A model generated the notes under the pieces. The model had not been told where the DNA came from. It saw nothing but the letters and a program-made list of their open reading frames with translations, and searched no databases. From Felis catus (taxonomy: Eukaryota), in assembly GCF_018350175.1 (NCBI RefSeq), contig NC_058368.1, positions 142,850,001-142,914,000 on the forward strand: a stretch of 64,000 nt of DNA, written 5' to 3'. Shown one piece after another: positions 25,571 to 38,101 of this stretch; within the stretch, counting starts at the first letter, position 1; each line of letters starts with the position of its first letter. The position numbers and the translations under genes were made by a program.

Positions 25571-26422
25571 GCCCTCATTCCCCATTCCCCACCTTTGTTA
25601 CCATGTAAGGTCAAGCTCTCAACCCAAATCTCTACCCTCAACAAGGACAATAGCCTCCCAACTGCTATTTCCCTAACCACTCTCTGAACCTATTGAAGTC
25701 CTTGCTTGGTCAACCTTCCTAAGGCTCAGGGCCAGCCAAGCCTGACAGACACACCTGGCAAGAATCATCTGCAGAGACGGTCACAAACCCCACCTGATAG
25801 GTTCTCCAGATGGATGAGGACACCAGTTTGTTTTCCAAGAGCCTCTCTGTGGACTCCCTCTGCCATTCCCCACACACTGATTCTGCAGAATCTCAGTCAA
25901 GAAGGAAGAAGACAGGGAGATTTTTGCTGACTTTTCTTCACTTACTTAAGGTCAGCTTTTCAGTGACGGCCCTTAAAGACATTCCTGGGAAGCACCCCTG
26001 CAAATGGCCTGGGTTTACCAGACAAGGTGTCTTGTCCACCCTCGGCAAAGAAACTCGGTAGCTATTCCTCCCTGCCCTGTGCCTCAGCGTTCTCACCGGG
26101 CAGAAATCATCATGTTTCTCCCTACTTCATGGAGCACTTATGAATGTCTAACTAGAAGTGAATATAAAATCACTTTGAAGTATTAAGCATAATACACTAC
26201 TCAATTTTTTTTTGGAGATTACCCCAGTTCCATAAAAGAGTTTATTAATAAAATTCCTTCAAAATTATGAATTTAAATACTCAATTATTTTAAAAACCTT
26301 TGTGGTTTTTGCTTCTGTTTTTTCCTAACAGTCATCATCTTGCTGAATCAATGATCTCCAAATGAAAATCTATATATTATTGTTAAAGGAATTAAAATGT
26401 GTACTTTAGAAAAGCATTCTTT

Positions 26423-26645
26423 AGGGGTGCCTGGGTGGCTCAGTTGGTTGAGTGTCCAACTCTTGATTTTGGCTCAAGTCACGATCCCAGGGTCATGGGA
26501 TCGAGTGACATGTTGGACTCTGTGTTGAGCGCAGAGCCTGCTTAGGATTCTCTCTCCAACCCCCCCCCCCCGTTTCTCCCCTGCTCGCATGAGCTCTCTC
26601 TCTCTCTCTCTCTCCCTCAAAATAAATAAATAAACTTTTAAAAAA
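26423..26645 (+). mobile_element. CanSINE
   Basis: TSD AAAAG(C/T)ATTCTTTAG. Confidence 0.9.
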
Positions 26646-26793
26646 AGTATTCTTTAGTCTGCTAAATACCTGTTCCTAGCAAGTTTTACCACATATATTT
26701 ATTTATTTTTATAACTATTTGGCAACATTTGCATTCCACCTTTCAAAATCTGCTTTACATTTGGACCAATAGAAATGGTGAAATTTCTCTTAG

Positions 26794-26941
26794 TATTTTG
26801 AGCATGCCGAAGAAGCCATGTGGGCTGTGGAAGTCTTAAAAGCGTTGGGTAAACCTGTGGCAGCTACCATGTGCATAGGCCCAGACGGAGACATGCATGG
26901 TGTATCACCTGGAGAATGTGCCGTTAAGCTGGTGAAGGCAG
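26794..26941 (+). CDS. BHMT2: BHMT2 exon 5
   Basis: cttag acceptor, GTAATC donor, 148 nt. Encodes [49 protein letters not shown]. Confidence 0.96.
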
Positions 26942-27168
26942 GTAATCTGGATGCATCGTGTGATTAGCAGTTCAGCTATTGTTTATAAAATTTAACAAAG
27001 GTTGCTTAATATTGTGAGAGCAGTTCATTGCTAACAGAATTAACTGGAATTGGTTTCCTTATTTGTAAAACTTGGGCGGTGGAGAAGGATAGCTAATTTC
27101 TAAGGCAATTTCCAACAACTGAAAAATAAAATAAATAAAATATATAAGTCCTTTATTTCTTTGCCTAG

Positions 27169-27351
27169 GGGCTGCGATTGTGGGCGTGAACTGCCGATTT
27201 GGACCCAGCACCAGCTTGAAGACGATGAAACTCATGAAGGCGGGCCTACAGGCTGCAGGGTCGAAGGCGCATCTGATGGTGCAGTCCCTAGGCTTCCATA
27301 CACCGGACTGTGGCAAAGGAGGGTTTGTGGATCTCCCAGAATATCCCTTTG
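27169..27351 (+). CDS. BHMT2: BHMT2 exon 6 (Zn ligand Cys208 in GVNC)
   Basis: cctag acceptor, GTAAGC donor, 183 nt. Encodes (G)[60 protein letters not shown]. Confidence 0.97.
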
Positions 27352-27515
27352 GTAAGCCCAGCCACATATTAGAGGTCCTTGTGTTTTCCTGTGCTGACAA
27401 CATGGAAACGGCTATAATAAATAGCTATGGTACGGTTTTACAAATAGAGACCGCATTAAGACAAAAACGTTCAATGTTAATGAAAAATGAGCAGAATCTA
27501 AAGTTCGTGATTTTC

Positions 27516-27753
27516 GGGGCGCCTGGGTGGCGCAGTCAGTTACGCGTCCGACTTCAGCCAGGTCACGATCTTGCGGTCCGTGAGTTCGAGCCCCGCGTCA
27601 GGCTCTGGGCTGATGGCTCAGAGCCTGGAGCCTGTTTCCGATTCTGTGTCTCCCTCTCTCTCTGCCCCTCCCCCGTTCATACTCTGTCTCTCTCTGTCCC
27701 AAAAATAAATAAACGTTGGAAAAAAAAATTAAAAAAATAAAATAAAATAAAAT
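27516..27753 (+). mobile_element. Young felid CanSINE in BHMT2 intron 6
   Basis: TSD TAAAGTTCGTGATTTTC. Near-identical to the copy at 651. Confidence 0.93.
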
Positions 27754-27851
27754 AAAGTTCGTGATTTTCTAATTGTAAAAAATGCCCATCAGAGCACCTG
27801 TGATTTGAATACAAGGACAGTAACAGCAATGCTGTGATGGTTGTGTTGCAG

Positions 27852-28080
27852 GACTGGAGCCCAGAGCTGCAACCAGATGGGATATTCAGAAATATGCCAG
27901 AGAGGCCTACAAACTCGGGGTCAGGTACATTGGCGGGTGCTGTGGATTTGAACCCTACCACATCAGGGCGATTGCAGAGGAGCTGGCCCCAGAAAGGGGC
28001 TTTTGGCCTCCTGCTTCTGACAAACATGGGAGTTGGGGAAGCAGTCTCAATATGCACACCAAGCCCTGGATTAGAGCCAG
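27852..28080 (+). CDS. BHMT2: BHMT2 exon 7 (Zn ligands Cys290/Cys291 in GGCC)
   Basis: ttgcag acceptor, GTAGGA donor, 229 nt. Encodes (G)[75 protein letters not shown]. Confidence 0.97.
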
Positions 28081-28197
28081 GTAGGAATTTTCTAATTGAC
28101 ATTACTATTTTGCTCGAATCTCATTTTATTTATTGTTATAAACACTATGCATGCAATAAAAATTGAAAAAATATACAAGTATATAAAATTAAAACTA

Positions 28198-29145
28198 GAG
28201 GCTCCTGGGTGGCTCAGTCAGTTGAGCATCTGACGTCAGCTCAGGTCATGATCTCACAGGTTTGTGACTTTGTGCCCCATGTTGGGCTCTCTGCTGTCAG
28301 CATGGAGTCTGCTTCAGATCCTCTGTCTCCCTCCCTTGTGTTTTGAAATCTTATACCTTATTTCTGGTTTAGCAATTTTAAGCTGTAATTACTGCTAACC
28401 CTTTAAAAAACTGAGGCATTTAAATCACAAAATATTCCCCTTTTCTTCCTGATCTACTTTTCCCAATTTTGATGTATTACATTTTTATTTCTTCTTTTGG
28501 TTACCTTTATAAATTTGAATTTTCTATTTAGCCATCTATTTCTTAATCCGTTGCTATAAAGCAGTATCTCTTAATTCCACTTTGTAAAACAAGAATTAAC
28601 TCGGGGCACCTGGGTGGCTCAGTTGGTTGAGCATCCAACTTAGGCTCAGGTCATGATCTCATGGTTTGTGACTTTGAGCCCCGCATCGGGCTCTGTGCTG
28701 ACAGCTCAGAGCCTGGAGCCTGCTTCAGATTCTATGTCTCTCTTGCTCTTTGCCCCTCCCCAGCTCATGCTCCATCTCTCCCTCTCTCAAAAATAAATAA
28801 ACATTAAAAAAAAAATTTTTTTTAACAATTAACTCTTTCTGCTCCCCTCTACTCTCTCTCCCTCATCTACCGCTTGGTTTCTTTAAGGTGTTCCATGACA
28901 GTTACATCATTGAGTTCTGCTCGATTGAGTTCTGCCGTAAAGCTGGGTGCCTGGGTGGCTCTGTCGGTTAAGTGTCCAATGTCACTCAGGTCATGATCTC
29001 ATGGTTCATGAGTTTGAGGCCTGTGCCAAGCTCTGCACTGGCGATGAGGAGCCTGCTTGGGATTCTCTCTCTCTTGCTCTCTCTCTCTGCCCCTTCCCCA
29101 CTTGCACTCTCTCTATATCTCAAAATAAATAAACTTTAAAAAAAA
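28198..29145 (+). mobile_element. Three CanSINE copies (28198-28336 partial, 28603-28825, 28945-29145)
   Basis: SINE heads (cctgggtggctc), with AATAAA/poly(A) tails on the two complete copies. Confidence 0.85.
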
Positions 29146-30264
29146 TGTAAATCTAGTAAATAACATTTACACTATTATTGTAATTGTCATACTAAACAAA
29201 CAGGATTCATGAAATGTAATAATCAGAGTGCAACTTTATTTTTGTCTCCCTCTGTCTCTTTAAACCTGCTCATTGGGTGAATTCTTTTCTCTGTCCCTAT
29301 TTAAAAATATGGACATGCCCCAGGACTTTGTTGGGTAGTCTTAGGCAATAGAAAGCCCTGCGACCACTTTATTTAGCAAACACAGTCTTAATTCAGTAAT
29401 TAAAGTGTACAGTTCCATGTAAAATCAAAACTTGGAACACATAAAGCTTACATCTCCTCCTGTTTTCCATCCATTGCCTTCAATAGGCAGGAAACTAGGG
29501 AAAGTCAGGCTGGTCCTTCTCTTTCTCTCTTAGGCTTTCAATCCTCCCTTTCCGTCTTGCTAACCATGATTCCTGACCTCTTCAGATTGAAAGGGAGAAG
29601 AGAGAGGATGGAAAGGGGACTTAACTGTTCCTCCTTGCCCAACAGCCTAACAGGAAGACTGTATTTTCTGGGCCTGGCAGGTCTTCCTGAGCACTGCCAT
29701 GGTTCCTCACAGCCTTCCCCTGGGATGCCACAGGCATCGCTTTCTCTCACTGCCACTTCCCCCTTCAGATCCTGGCTTTTTCAGCAGGTCACTCCAAATA
29801 ACACCCTGTTTCAGAGGTTTCATCGTCCTTCCTGGTGATTCTAAATACCTCCGGATTTTGAACACCTCCAGGCTGGCTCTCTTTCACTTGGGGGCCACAA
29901 CCGACTAGAGGACCTTTCACTCTTCCCTCATGTAAACAAACTATGAGAGTGTGGTCTGATCCCAACTTAATGGCATCCTCTTTGCTCTCAATCAGAGAAG
30001 CTGACCCTTTGGTCTGTGAGCTAGATTGTCCAGGGTAGACTCAGGTGAGCCATGGGACTGGCTCTTGGCCACCTCCTTTGAAACTTCTGCAGAGTGTCTG
30101 TCTTATGACCTTGATACCTCATGTCTGCCATATCTTGGTGCTGCCAATAAGATTTCCAGTCTAATATCCTGATACATTAATGATTTTCTAAATGTTCTCT
30201 TAGAACCAAGACATAAGCATGGAACTATGGAGAAAGAGAAATAATTCTGTTTTAAGACACTTGA

Positions 30265-30483
30265 GGGGCGCCTGGGTGGCTCAGTCGGTTGGGTGGCCGA
30301 CTTCGGCTCAGGTCATGATCTCACGGTCCGTGAGTTCGAGCCCCGCGTCGGGCTCTGTGCTGACAGCTCAGAGCCTGGAGCCTGTTTCAGACTCTGTGTC
30401 TCCCTCTCTCTGCCCCTCCCCCGTTCATGCTCTGTCTCTTTCTGTCTCAAAAATAAATAAACGTAAAAAAAAAATTTTTTTTT
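30265..30483 (+). mobile_element. Young CanSINE
   Basis: TSD AAGACACTTGAG. Confidence 0.92.
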
Positions 30484-30984
30484 AAAGACACTTGAGCCTC
30501 TTGTGGGAGAATGTTCCAAGCATCAAGCTCAAATCAATTCCCTTCTGTCATATTTCATTTCATCTGTAGTCCACATGTATGCCGTATCTTAATTTGTTTC
30601 ATACTTAGACTGTGACTTTCTTTGTACAACATTTGGTGTTCTAGGAACTTCTAATTAACTTCCTTTGTCATCCTTGAAAGATGAATAACAGGCCTTTACT
30701 TTCTCTAAGGTCTAACAACTTCTAAATTATACTATTTGTTATAAATTTTTACAAATCATGCTTTTTTGTCAATGCACTTTGTTATTGAAGACATTTTTCT
30801 GAGGACCTCTTGAATGACTGTTGTGTTATGAATCACTGCATCTCTGACTCTCTCTCGTCTATCTCTATACAATGCCATCCCGTTTCCCTCTTTTAGAAAC
30901 CAAACTCTCTGCTGTCTCCTCGTCTTTCTTCAGTGCTGTTATGTATTTAACCCATTTTTTATTTCTTTATGCATTTCAGCGGGA

Positions 30985-30997
30985 TTTTTTTTAATGT

Positions 30998-31032
<35 letters not shown>

Positions 31033-31227
31033 TTTGAGAGAGAGAGTATGTGTGTGCATGCGCGAGCAGGGGAGGGGCAGAGAGCAAGGGAGAGAGAGAA
31101 TCCCAAGAAGGCTCCACACTGTCAGTGCAGAGCCCAATGCAGGGCTCGATCTCACAAACCATGAGATCATGACCTGAGCTGAAATCCAGAGTTGGCCACG
31201 TAACTGACTGAGCCACCCAGGCGCCCC
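30985..31227 (-). mobile_element. CanSINE with (TTTA)n tail
   Basis: TSD TTCAG(C/T)GGGATTT. Confidence 0.9.
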
Positions 31228-31858
31228 TTCAGTGGGATTTAGAACACTCTTCATTTTTTACCTGAAACAACATCCCTAACGTAAATTTATTTAGATTGTA
31301 AAAGCAGGCAAGAAATCATTTAGCCAAACATTTCTTCTGGGAGATATGGATGCTTATCAGAGAAAATTGATTTTATAGGTATCATACTTAGGACAAAGTA
31401 ATACAAATATAATTAAAAGATGAGGAGAGCAAACTTTGGCGATGATTAAAATAGTTCAAATAAGTGAGATATGGCTTTAATTATTATCTAGGGATCCTTA
31501 AAATTCATTACCAGGTAAAGAGAAAACATTTTTCTGTAGAACAAAGCCAGACATTCCTTGTACCTTGAACTCCCAAACATACTGATGTTCACAACAATTT
31601 GTGATTACACCAAAACCCATAGACATCCCAGATTTCTGACATTTTCATCATCCAAAAAATGTCAATATATTCATTGCTTTGTAAATAAAGTGGAAAAAAC
31701 TGTATAAATATATTTACTACAAAGGTCTGTGACCAGGAACCTTTGTACACTTCTTTCTTTGTCTAAAAACAAGAACAAATATTAACAAAATAATTTGTAT
31801 TCAGTTTCTGGTTACTTTTGAAGACTTACACTGTGTTTTTACATTAAAAACCAGCTTC

Positions 31859-32045
31859 GGGGCACCTGGGTGGCTCAGCCAATTAAGTGGCCGACTCTTA
31901 ATTTCAGCTCAAGTCATGGGTTGGAGCTCTTAATTTCAGCTCAGCTCACACTTCATGGGTTGGAGCCCTGCATCAGGCTCTGCACTGACCATGTGAAGCC
32001 TGCTTACAACTCTCTCCCTCTCTCTCCCTGCCCCTCTCCTGCTTG

Positions 32046-32129
<84 letters not shown>

Positions 32130-32140
32130 AACCATTTTTT
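31859..32140 (+). mobile_element. CanSINE with internal duplication and (CT)n(CA)n microsatellite
   Basis: CTCTTAATTTCAGCTCA occurs twice. Microsatellite at ~32051-32124. Confidence 0.87.
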
Positions 32141-32520
32141 TAAAACCCCGTCTTCATATATTTGTCATTATATAAAAATATTGAATAGAGCTAGAAGGAC
32201 CCTGCTAGAAATTTCAGAATACATGTAGTTCACCAAAACATGTAAAATTTAAACACATATTCTTCTTCTGAGAGGTGGTGTGAAACCCAGTGATTGTTTT
32301 TGATAGAAATGTGAGAAGAGCATTGATGGACATAGTTTTTCAGTCTGTGTGTTGAAACTGAAGTTCTGCCTGATCATCTACCAAACCTATGTGTATTTGG
32401 CAAATACATACATGCATATGTACTAATTTATTTTATATTCACATATATATATATAAATATATATATATATTAGACTTATGAAACAGGTATGCATTTTTTA
32501 ATTATTTTTTTTAAACACAG

Positions 32521-32602
32521 GGCCAGAAGGGAGTATTGGGAAAATCTGCTGCCAGCTTCGGGCAGACCTTTCTGTCCTTCACTGTCACAGCCGGACGTCT
32601 AA
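32521..32602 (+). CDS. BHMT2: BHMT2 exon 8, coding part to the TAA stop
   Basis: acacag acceptor. Encodes (R)[26 protein letters not shown]. The 8 exons sum to 1092 nt, i.e. 363 aa plus stop. Confidence 0.96.
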
Positions 32603-32910
32603 GGAGTAGTGCTGTTTCAGAATAACAGAACGGAAGGAAGTCCCCCTCCACCCCCGTCTGGAACTCTTCCCCGCCTTTACCCCCAGCCCACCTTGCTGTC
32701 TCCAGTTGCTGAACAGCTAATGTGCTGCTGGCCCTTCGGTTCCATCCAACATACACATCTTATGCTCCCACTGTGGACAGACACCCAGCTGGATGCTGCA
32801 GCAGATGCAGAGGTGATGGGAAAGGGCCTCTGCATAGAGGTCCTCCGGCTCCTTACTGTTCAGTAATGCTGTGCTACATTCTTTGGAAGGTCATCAAGAA
32901 TAGCAACACG

Positions 32911-33093
32911 TGGTGCACCTGAGTCGTTCAGTCAGCTAAGCATCTGGTTTTGGCTCTCATGGTTCTTGAGTTCGAGCCCCACATCGGGCTCTCTGCTGTC
33001 AGTGCAGAGCCCGCTTCAGATCTTCTGCCCCTCTCAAGTGTCTGTCCCTACTCCACTTGGGTTCTTTCTATTTCAAAAATAAACGTTAAAAAA
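32911..33093 (+). mobile_element. CanSINE in the putative BHMT2 3' UTR
   Basis: Diverged head and body. AATAAA at 33078-33083. Confidence 0.82.
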
Positions 33094-33347
33094 AGAATAA
33101 TAGCGAAACTTGTTTTTAGGGTGAATTTGAGATTTTAAAATAACCAGAAGTCACTGAACACCAAACCTAGTGATTCATTCAGGCAATCAAGCTAGGTGTT
33201 TGAGGAAGATGGAACAATGAGTCTGCTTCTCTTACATGATTTGTATGATGGCTCCAAGGGCAATCCCAAGGAAGAGAAGCAAAAAATGTTTTGAGCAATG
33301 GCAGGGTTATTGAAGTAAGTGATTACTTTCAAAAATGATTTTACTTA

Positions 33348-33560
33348 CGCCTGGGTGGCGCAGTCTGTTAAGCGTCCGACTTCAGCCAGGTCACGATCTC
33401 GCGGTCCGTGAGTTCGAGCCCCGCGTCAGGCTCTGGGCTGATGGCTCAGAGCCTGGAGCCTGTTTCTGATTCTGTGTCTCCTCTCTCTCTGCCCCTTCCC
33501 CGTTCATGCTCTCTCTCTGTCCCAAAAATAAATAAACGTTGAAAAAAAAAATAAAAAAAA
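33348..33560 (+). mobile_element. Young felid CanSINE
   Basis: TSD AAAAATGATTTTACTTA. Confidence 0.92.
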
Positions 33561-34454
33561 AAATGATTTTACTTAAAGGTGTTAGGTCCTTAAAAACAAA
33601 AAAGGTGTTAGGATCTAGAATGTTCTTAAATGTGTCTTTATGATCACAAACAGCTAAATTATAAATTACTTAAAGACAAGGACAATTTGCTGTGCTTCAT
33701 ATATTTTTCCTTAAAGTATTTAGCACTGTGCTAGGCATAATAATAGATGCTCAATGAAATTCTTATTTTTGATTGTTAAAATGAGTAAAAATAAATCAAC
33801 GGTTTTAGAAGACTTTTGAGAAAATCTGTTCTAATCTATCTTGGTCTAATATTTTCTTGACTTATGTTTGTGTTAGTTGCCATGTGCCAATATCTCTCTG
33901 CTTTTTCCAAAACAATGTATCAATTTGTGACAATTAGTAAAATTAAAAATAATGTACCTGTGATAGTGTTTGAATATTTAAAACATCATGGACATTCTTT
34001 GGAAAATAATAGCAAACATTTATTCCTTATTATGTTCCAGGCTATTGCTTCACTCTTGTTCTCACACTTTATCTATCTATCTATCTGTCTGTCTATCCAT
34101 TCATCCACATTCATTTGTCCTTTACAGGGATTAAATAATGAGATCGTGGTTTTAACGCAGTAATTTATGTAGGAGGAAACTAGAGCTAAGTTAACTTGCC
34201 TGAGGTCACACAGTTAGTAAACGACAGAACTGGGATTTGAACCTACATGTGTGTCTCTGGAATCCATGTTCACAACTACTATACTTCACAACCTCTATCA
34301 CGTGCACGGTGGCTGCTTTTATCAGATTTTTATCCAAATTTTTCTGTTGTGAAGTTTCATGTATTTTTATCAGCTTTGCTTAATATGAATCAGCCTTTCA
34401 ATCCTATTTCTGTAAAGTAGATAACCTGGAACTCATTAAAATGTTGCCATTCTA

Positions 34455-34645
34455 GGGCACCTGGATGGCTCAGTGAGTTAGCATCTAACTTCAGCTCAGA
34501 TCATGATCTCATAGTTGGTGAGTTCGAGCTCCACATCAGGCTCTCTGCTGTCAGTCTGGAGCCTGCTTGGGACCTTCTGTCCCCCCTCTCTCTCTCTGTG
34601 CCTCCCCTGCTCCCACTCTCTCCTTCTATAAATAAATAAATAAAA
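34455..34645 (+). mobile_element. CanSINE
   Basis: TSD TAAAATGTTGCCA(T/C)TCTA. Confidence 0.9.
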
Positions 34646-36078
34646 TGTTGCCACTCTACCCATAATACATAACCCCAGCATGCTGAAAATTAAAAGGTGA
34701 ACCACTTACCATCATCTCAAGGCCTTGGGGTTCCTTGAGGATGACTAATAAAAATCACTAAATATGTGCCTGAATATTTTGCTGGCATCCCCAACCAGGA
34801 CCAGCCAGTCTCTGTTTGGACTTTTCCAGTAGTAACTCACTACCATGCAAGATCACATATTCTTTCTTAAGATATATATTTCATTCTTTGGAAATTATTG
34901 TATTCATTAACCAGAAACCTACTTATCAACAACTTTTGCCTGTTTGTCCACATGTTAGTCTCTGGGCACCCATAAACAAATGGGTGGTTTCTTCCATGTG
35001 ATAGCTCTTCAAAAATTTAAAGGTAAGTGTCATGCTTCCCTACACTTACTCCTCCTCATTTCCTCCAACCAAAGGCATAGACTTGTAAGATGTGCCTTGC
35101 CATACTAGCACTGCGATAGTGGACAGTTAACTTTTCTGTCTTAATTTCCTCCTCTGTTAAATGAGGATAACAATAGAACCATCCTCATTGGAGTACTATG
35201 AGGACTGAGTGAACAGTTAGGATTGAGATAGTTAGGAACAGTGTCTGGAATATAGTAAGCACTCAGTGTACATTGTGTAGTGTAATATAATTACGTGACT
35301 TTGTTTCCAATCCCTTCATCCTCATTGTGACTCTCTTCTGGCCACACTCCAGCATCAAAGCCTCTGCACAAATTTAGTGCCTGGTCCTGAACACCACACT
35401 CCAGGAGTGGATGCTTGGACAACAGCTTGTTTGACAGATGAAGTTTATGTGAAAAGGAAAGTGGATGGCATCGGGCAAAAAGCAAGAACTGAGAGGCTAC
35501 ATCTGGAAGGGGAGCTATCTTTCACTGTAAGCCCCTTCCTTGGGTCTACACCCGTACAATTAAAACCTTTGTTTTGTTTCAGGCCATATGGTTTAGAAGC
35601 AATGTAACAAATAAACATGAATTATATATGGTAGGTGGTAAAGAGGTGACATTAAACCTGGGTCCCTCAGTCTGTAACAACTAAAAATCACTTAAGGACC
35701 ATATATGCTAAGAGCAGTCCATTTAGGCTTTTAGGAAGAGGAAAGTCATTCATCTACTTTGCAGATTAATAACTGTGGTCTGTAGACCAAATATACATAA
35801 ATACGAATAAATCTACACGTGCTTATAAAGAGAAAGACACAATATTGTCAAAGGCATAGTTGTTCTAAATTGATTAATAAATGCCATATAATCCCAGTGA
35901 AAAATATCATCAGGATTGAGGGGAAATAGACATGCAAACTCTCAGGTTCATATCAGGGGGAAAAAATAGGGGTTATGGGAAAATTAGAAAAAGATAGGTA
36001 GTGAGGAAGGTGTAGCCTCGCCAAATAATCGCTATATGTAACATAGCTGGATATGTGCATTAAAAAAAATAAAGATCT

Positions 36079-36275
36079 GGGGTGCCTGAGTGGCTCATTT
36101 GGTTAAGCACCTGACTCTTGATTTCAGCTCAGGTCATGATCTCATGGTTTGTGAGTTCAAGCTCTGCATCAGGCTCTGTGCTGACAGCATGGGATTCTGT
36201 CTCTCCCTCTCTCTGCTCCCCTCTGCTCACGCTCGCTCTCTCTCTCAAAAATAAATAATTTTTTTTTTAAAAAAA
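36079..36275 (+). mobile_element. CanSINE
   Basis: Head ggggtgcctgagtggctc, CT tract, AATAAA tail. Confidence 0.85.
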
Positions 36276-37600
36276 AGACCAATGGAAGTTAATGTATGAT
36301 AAAGAGGGCATTTCAGGTCAGTGAGGAAAAGCTGGATTGTTTAGTAATGATGGATATTTGGTCAATCATATGGAAAGAAAAAGTTGGGACTCTTAAAACA
36401 AGTTCATGCTTGATCTACATTTTAAACATAAATCCATAAAAGAAGAAAAACATAAATTTTACCAAACAAAACATTTAAATGCATGCACAAAACTCAAAAT
36501 ACTTTATAAACAAAGATGAAGTCAAATGGGAATAATGTGTAACAAGGATTAATAACTGCTATTCCAGGACTGGGTCTTGAACTGTCTTAGTTCAACCCTC
36601 TCCCCATGCATGCAGATAACGTGAAGGTGGGGCTCACCTATGAGACTGGCATCCAGAACTCCATTTCACCGCATTTTCTTGCACTTGCAAGAATTATGAG
36701 ATGGAGATGTATGCAGCTGGGGGCCTAGCAAAGCCTTGGGGTCAGCACTAGCATCATCACCATTGCTTGACAATCACTATTCCAGTGTAGGATAGGATAT
36801 GTGAATCAGCTGCCCCAGGAAGCACAGTGCACCTGGTAGAGGTGAGGTTCCAGGCAGTGGGTCTGCAGGCACTGGCCGAGGGTTCAGACAGCTCTGAACG
36901 TTGACACATTACCTCATAACGTGGTACCTGGCAGGACCAACTTGACTCTTCCTTCCCCAGGCAGCAGACCCTCTCCCTTGCTGGGCAACTTGTGGGGATC
37001 AATTCTCAGCTCCTGCCCTGCCCACTTGCTCATCATATGGCCTCCTCCCCATTTCCCTCAATGCCCACACATTATAAGGTTTTCAGAGAAACGCTTTTTT
37101 CCTCTTGCTCTATGGGTTATAATAGGACTGTAGACCAAAATCAAGAGAAAAATGAGGTTCATTTTCCTAAAAGACATCTTTATTGAAGGTAGGAAAATAT
37201 GTGCCTCATATCTTTGCAGTGCAGGAAAAGGGAAGGGGGTAATAAATTTACAGATTAAAGCAATCTGAATGCTAATATCCTGCCACAAATATTGCATACA
37301 TTAGATAAACTAGGCGAGAATTTCCTTACCCTGTAGATTAGGAAATACATTTCCTTCACCTATGAAATGTTGACGAAGATATACAACACATTCAAAATTA
37401 GATAAATGCATATTAAAACAATGAAATATCTTTGTCTACTTCCCATTGGTAAAAAACAAAAAATTGATAATACCTTCTGGTTATGAGGGCATAGTGAAAA
37501 AGACACTACCACACATATGCTTTTTGTAGAAGTGTAAACTGATACAAACTGTTTGAAAAGATTGACCACGTCTATTAAAATTTAGAATTCACATACTCTT

Positions 37601-38061
37601 GGGGCACCTGGGTGTCTCAGTTGATTGAGTGTCTGACTTGGGCTCAGGTCATGATCTCATGGTTCGTGGGTTTAAGCCTCACATCAGGCTTGCTGCTGTC
37701 AGTGTGGAACTGTAATGGGACTGAGGTTCATACAGAGAGTCGTGACACCGAGGCTTTTCTTTCCAGAAAGCAACTTTATTTGTACCAGCACAGGCTCAGT
37801 GGGTTTGTACCCAAAAAACTGAGCCCCAAGCTTGGAGCGGGGGGGGGGGGGGGGGGGGGCGGTATATGTAACCTTTTATACAATTTCTACCTCTTTGTCC
37901 CCTGTACATGGTAACATAGAGACATACAGTCTGATTGGGCAATTTATGTTACAGAGTTATGAGGAATGTCACATATGCACATATAGCCAGATTGCCCTCC
38001 CCTGTCTTGAGGTTTTCACCACATTCCCTAAGGCAGGGCTCTACCATAGAACCTGCTTGGG

Positions 38062-38101
<40 letters not shown>

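Noticed and set aside
27180..27740. 186-aa ORF extending BHMT2 exon 6 through intron 6 into a SINE
   Set aside because: There is a strong donor at 27352. The extension is intron and SINE sequence and would lack the GGCC zinc ligands.
28909..28935. Short direct repeats (ATTGAGTTCTGC twice; also GCAGGTATTTGGGG twice at ~19770-19800)
   Set aside because: Two-copy slippage duplications with no array or spacer structure. Not CRISPR-like, and the DNA is eukaryotic.
29300..30170. Possible old LTR-like segment in BHMT2 intron 7 (and another at ~48400-48950)
   Set aside because: The impression comes from composition only. I could not fix termini or TSDs, so it needs RepeatMasker.
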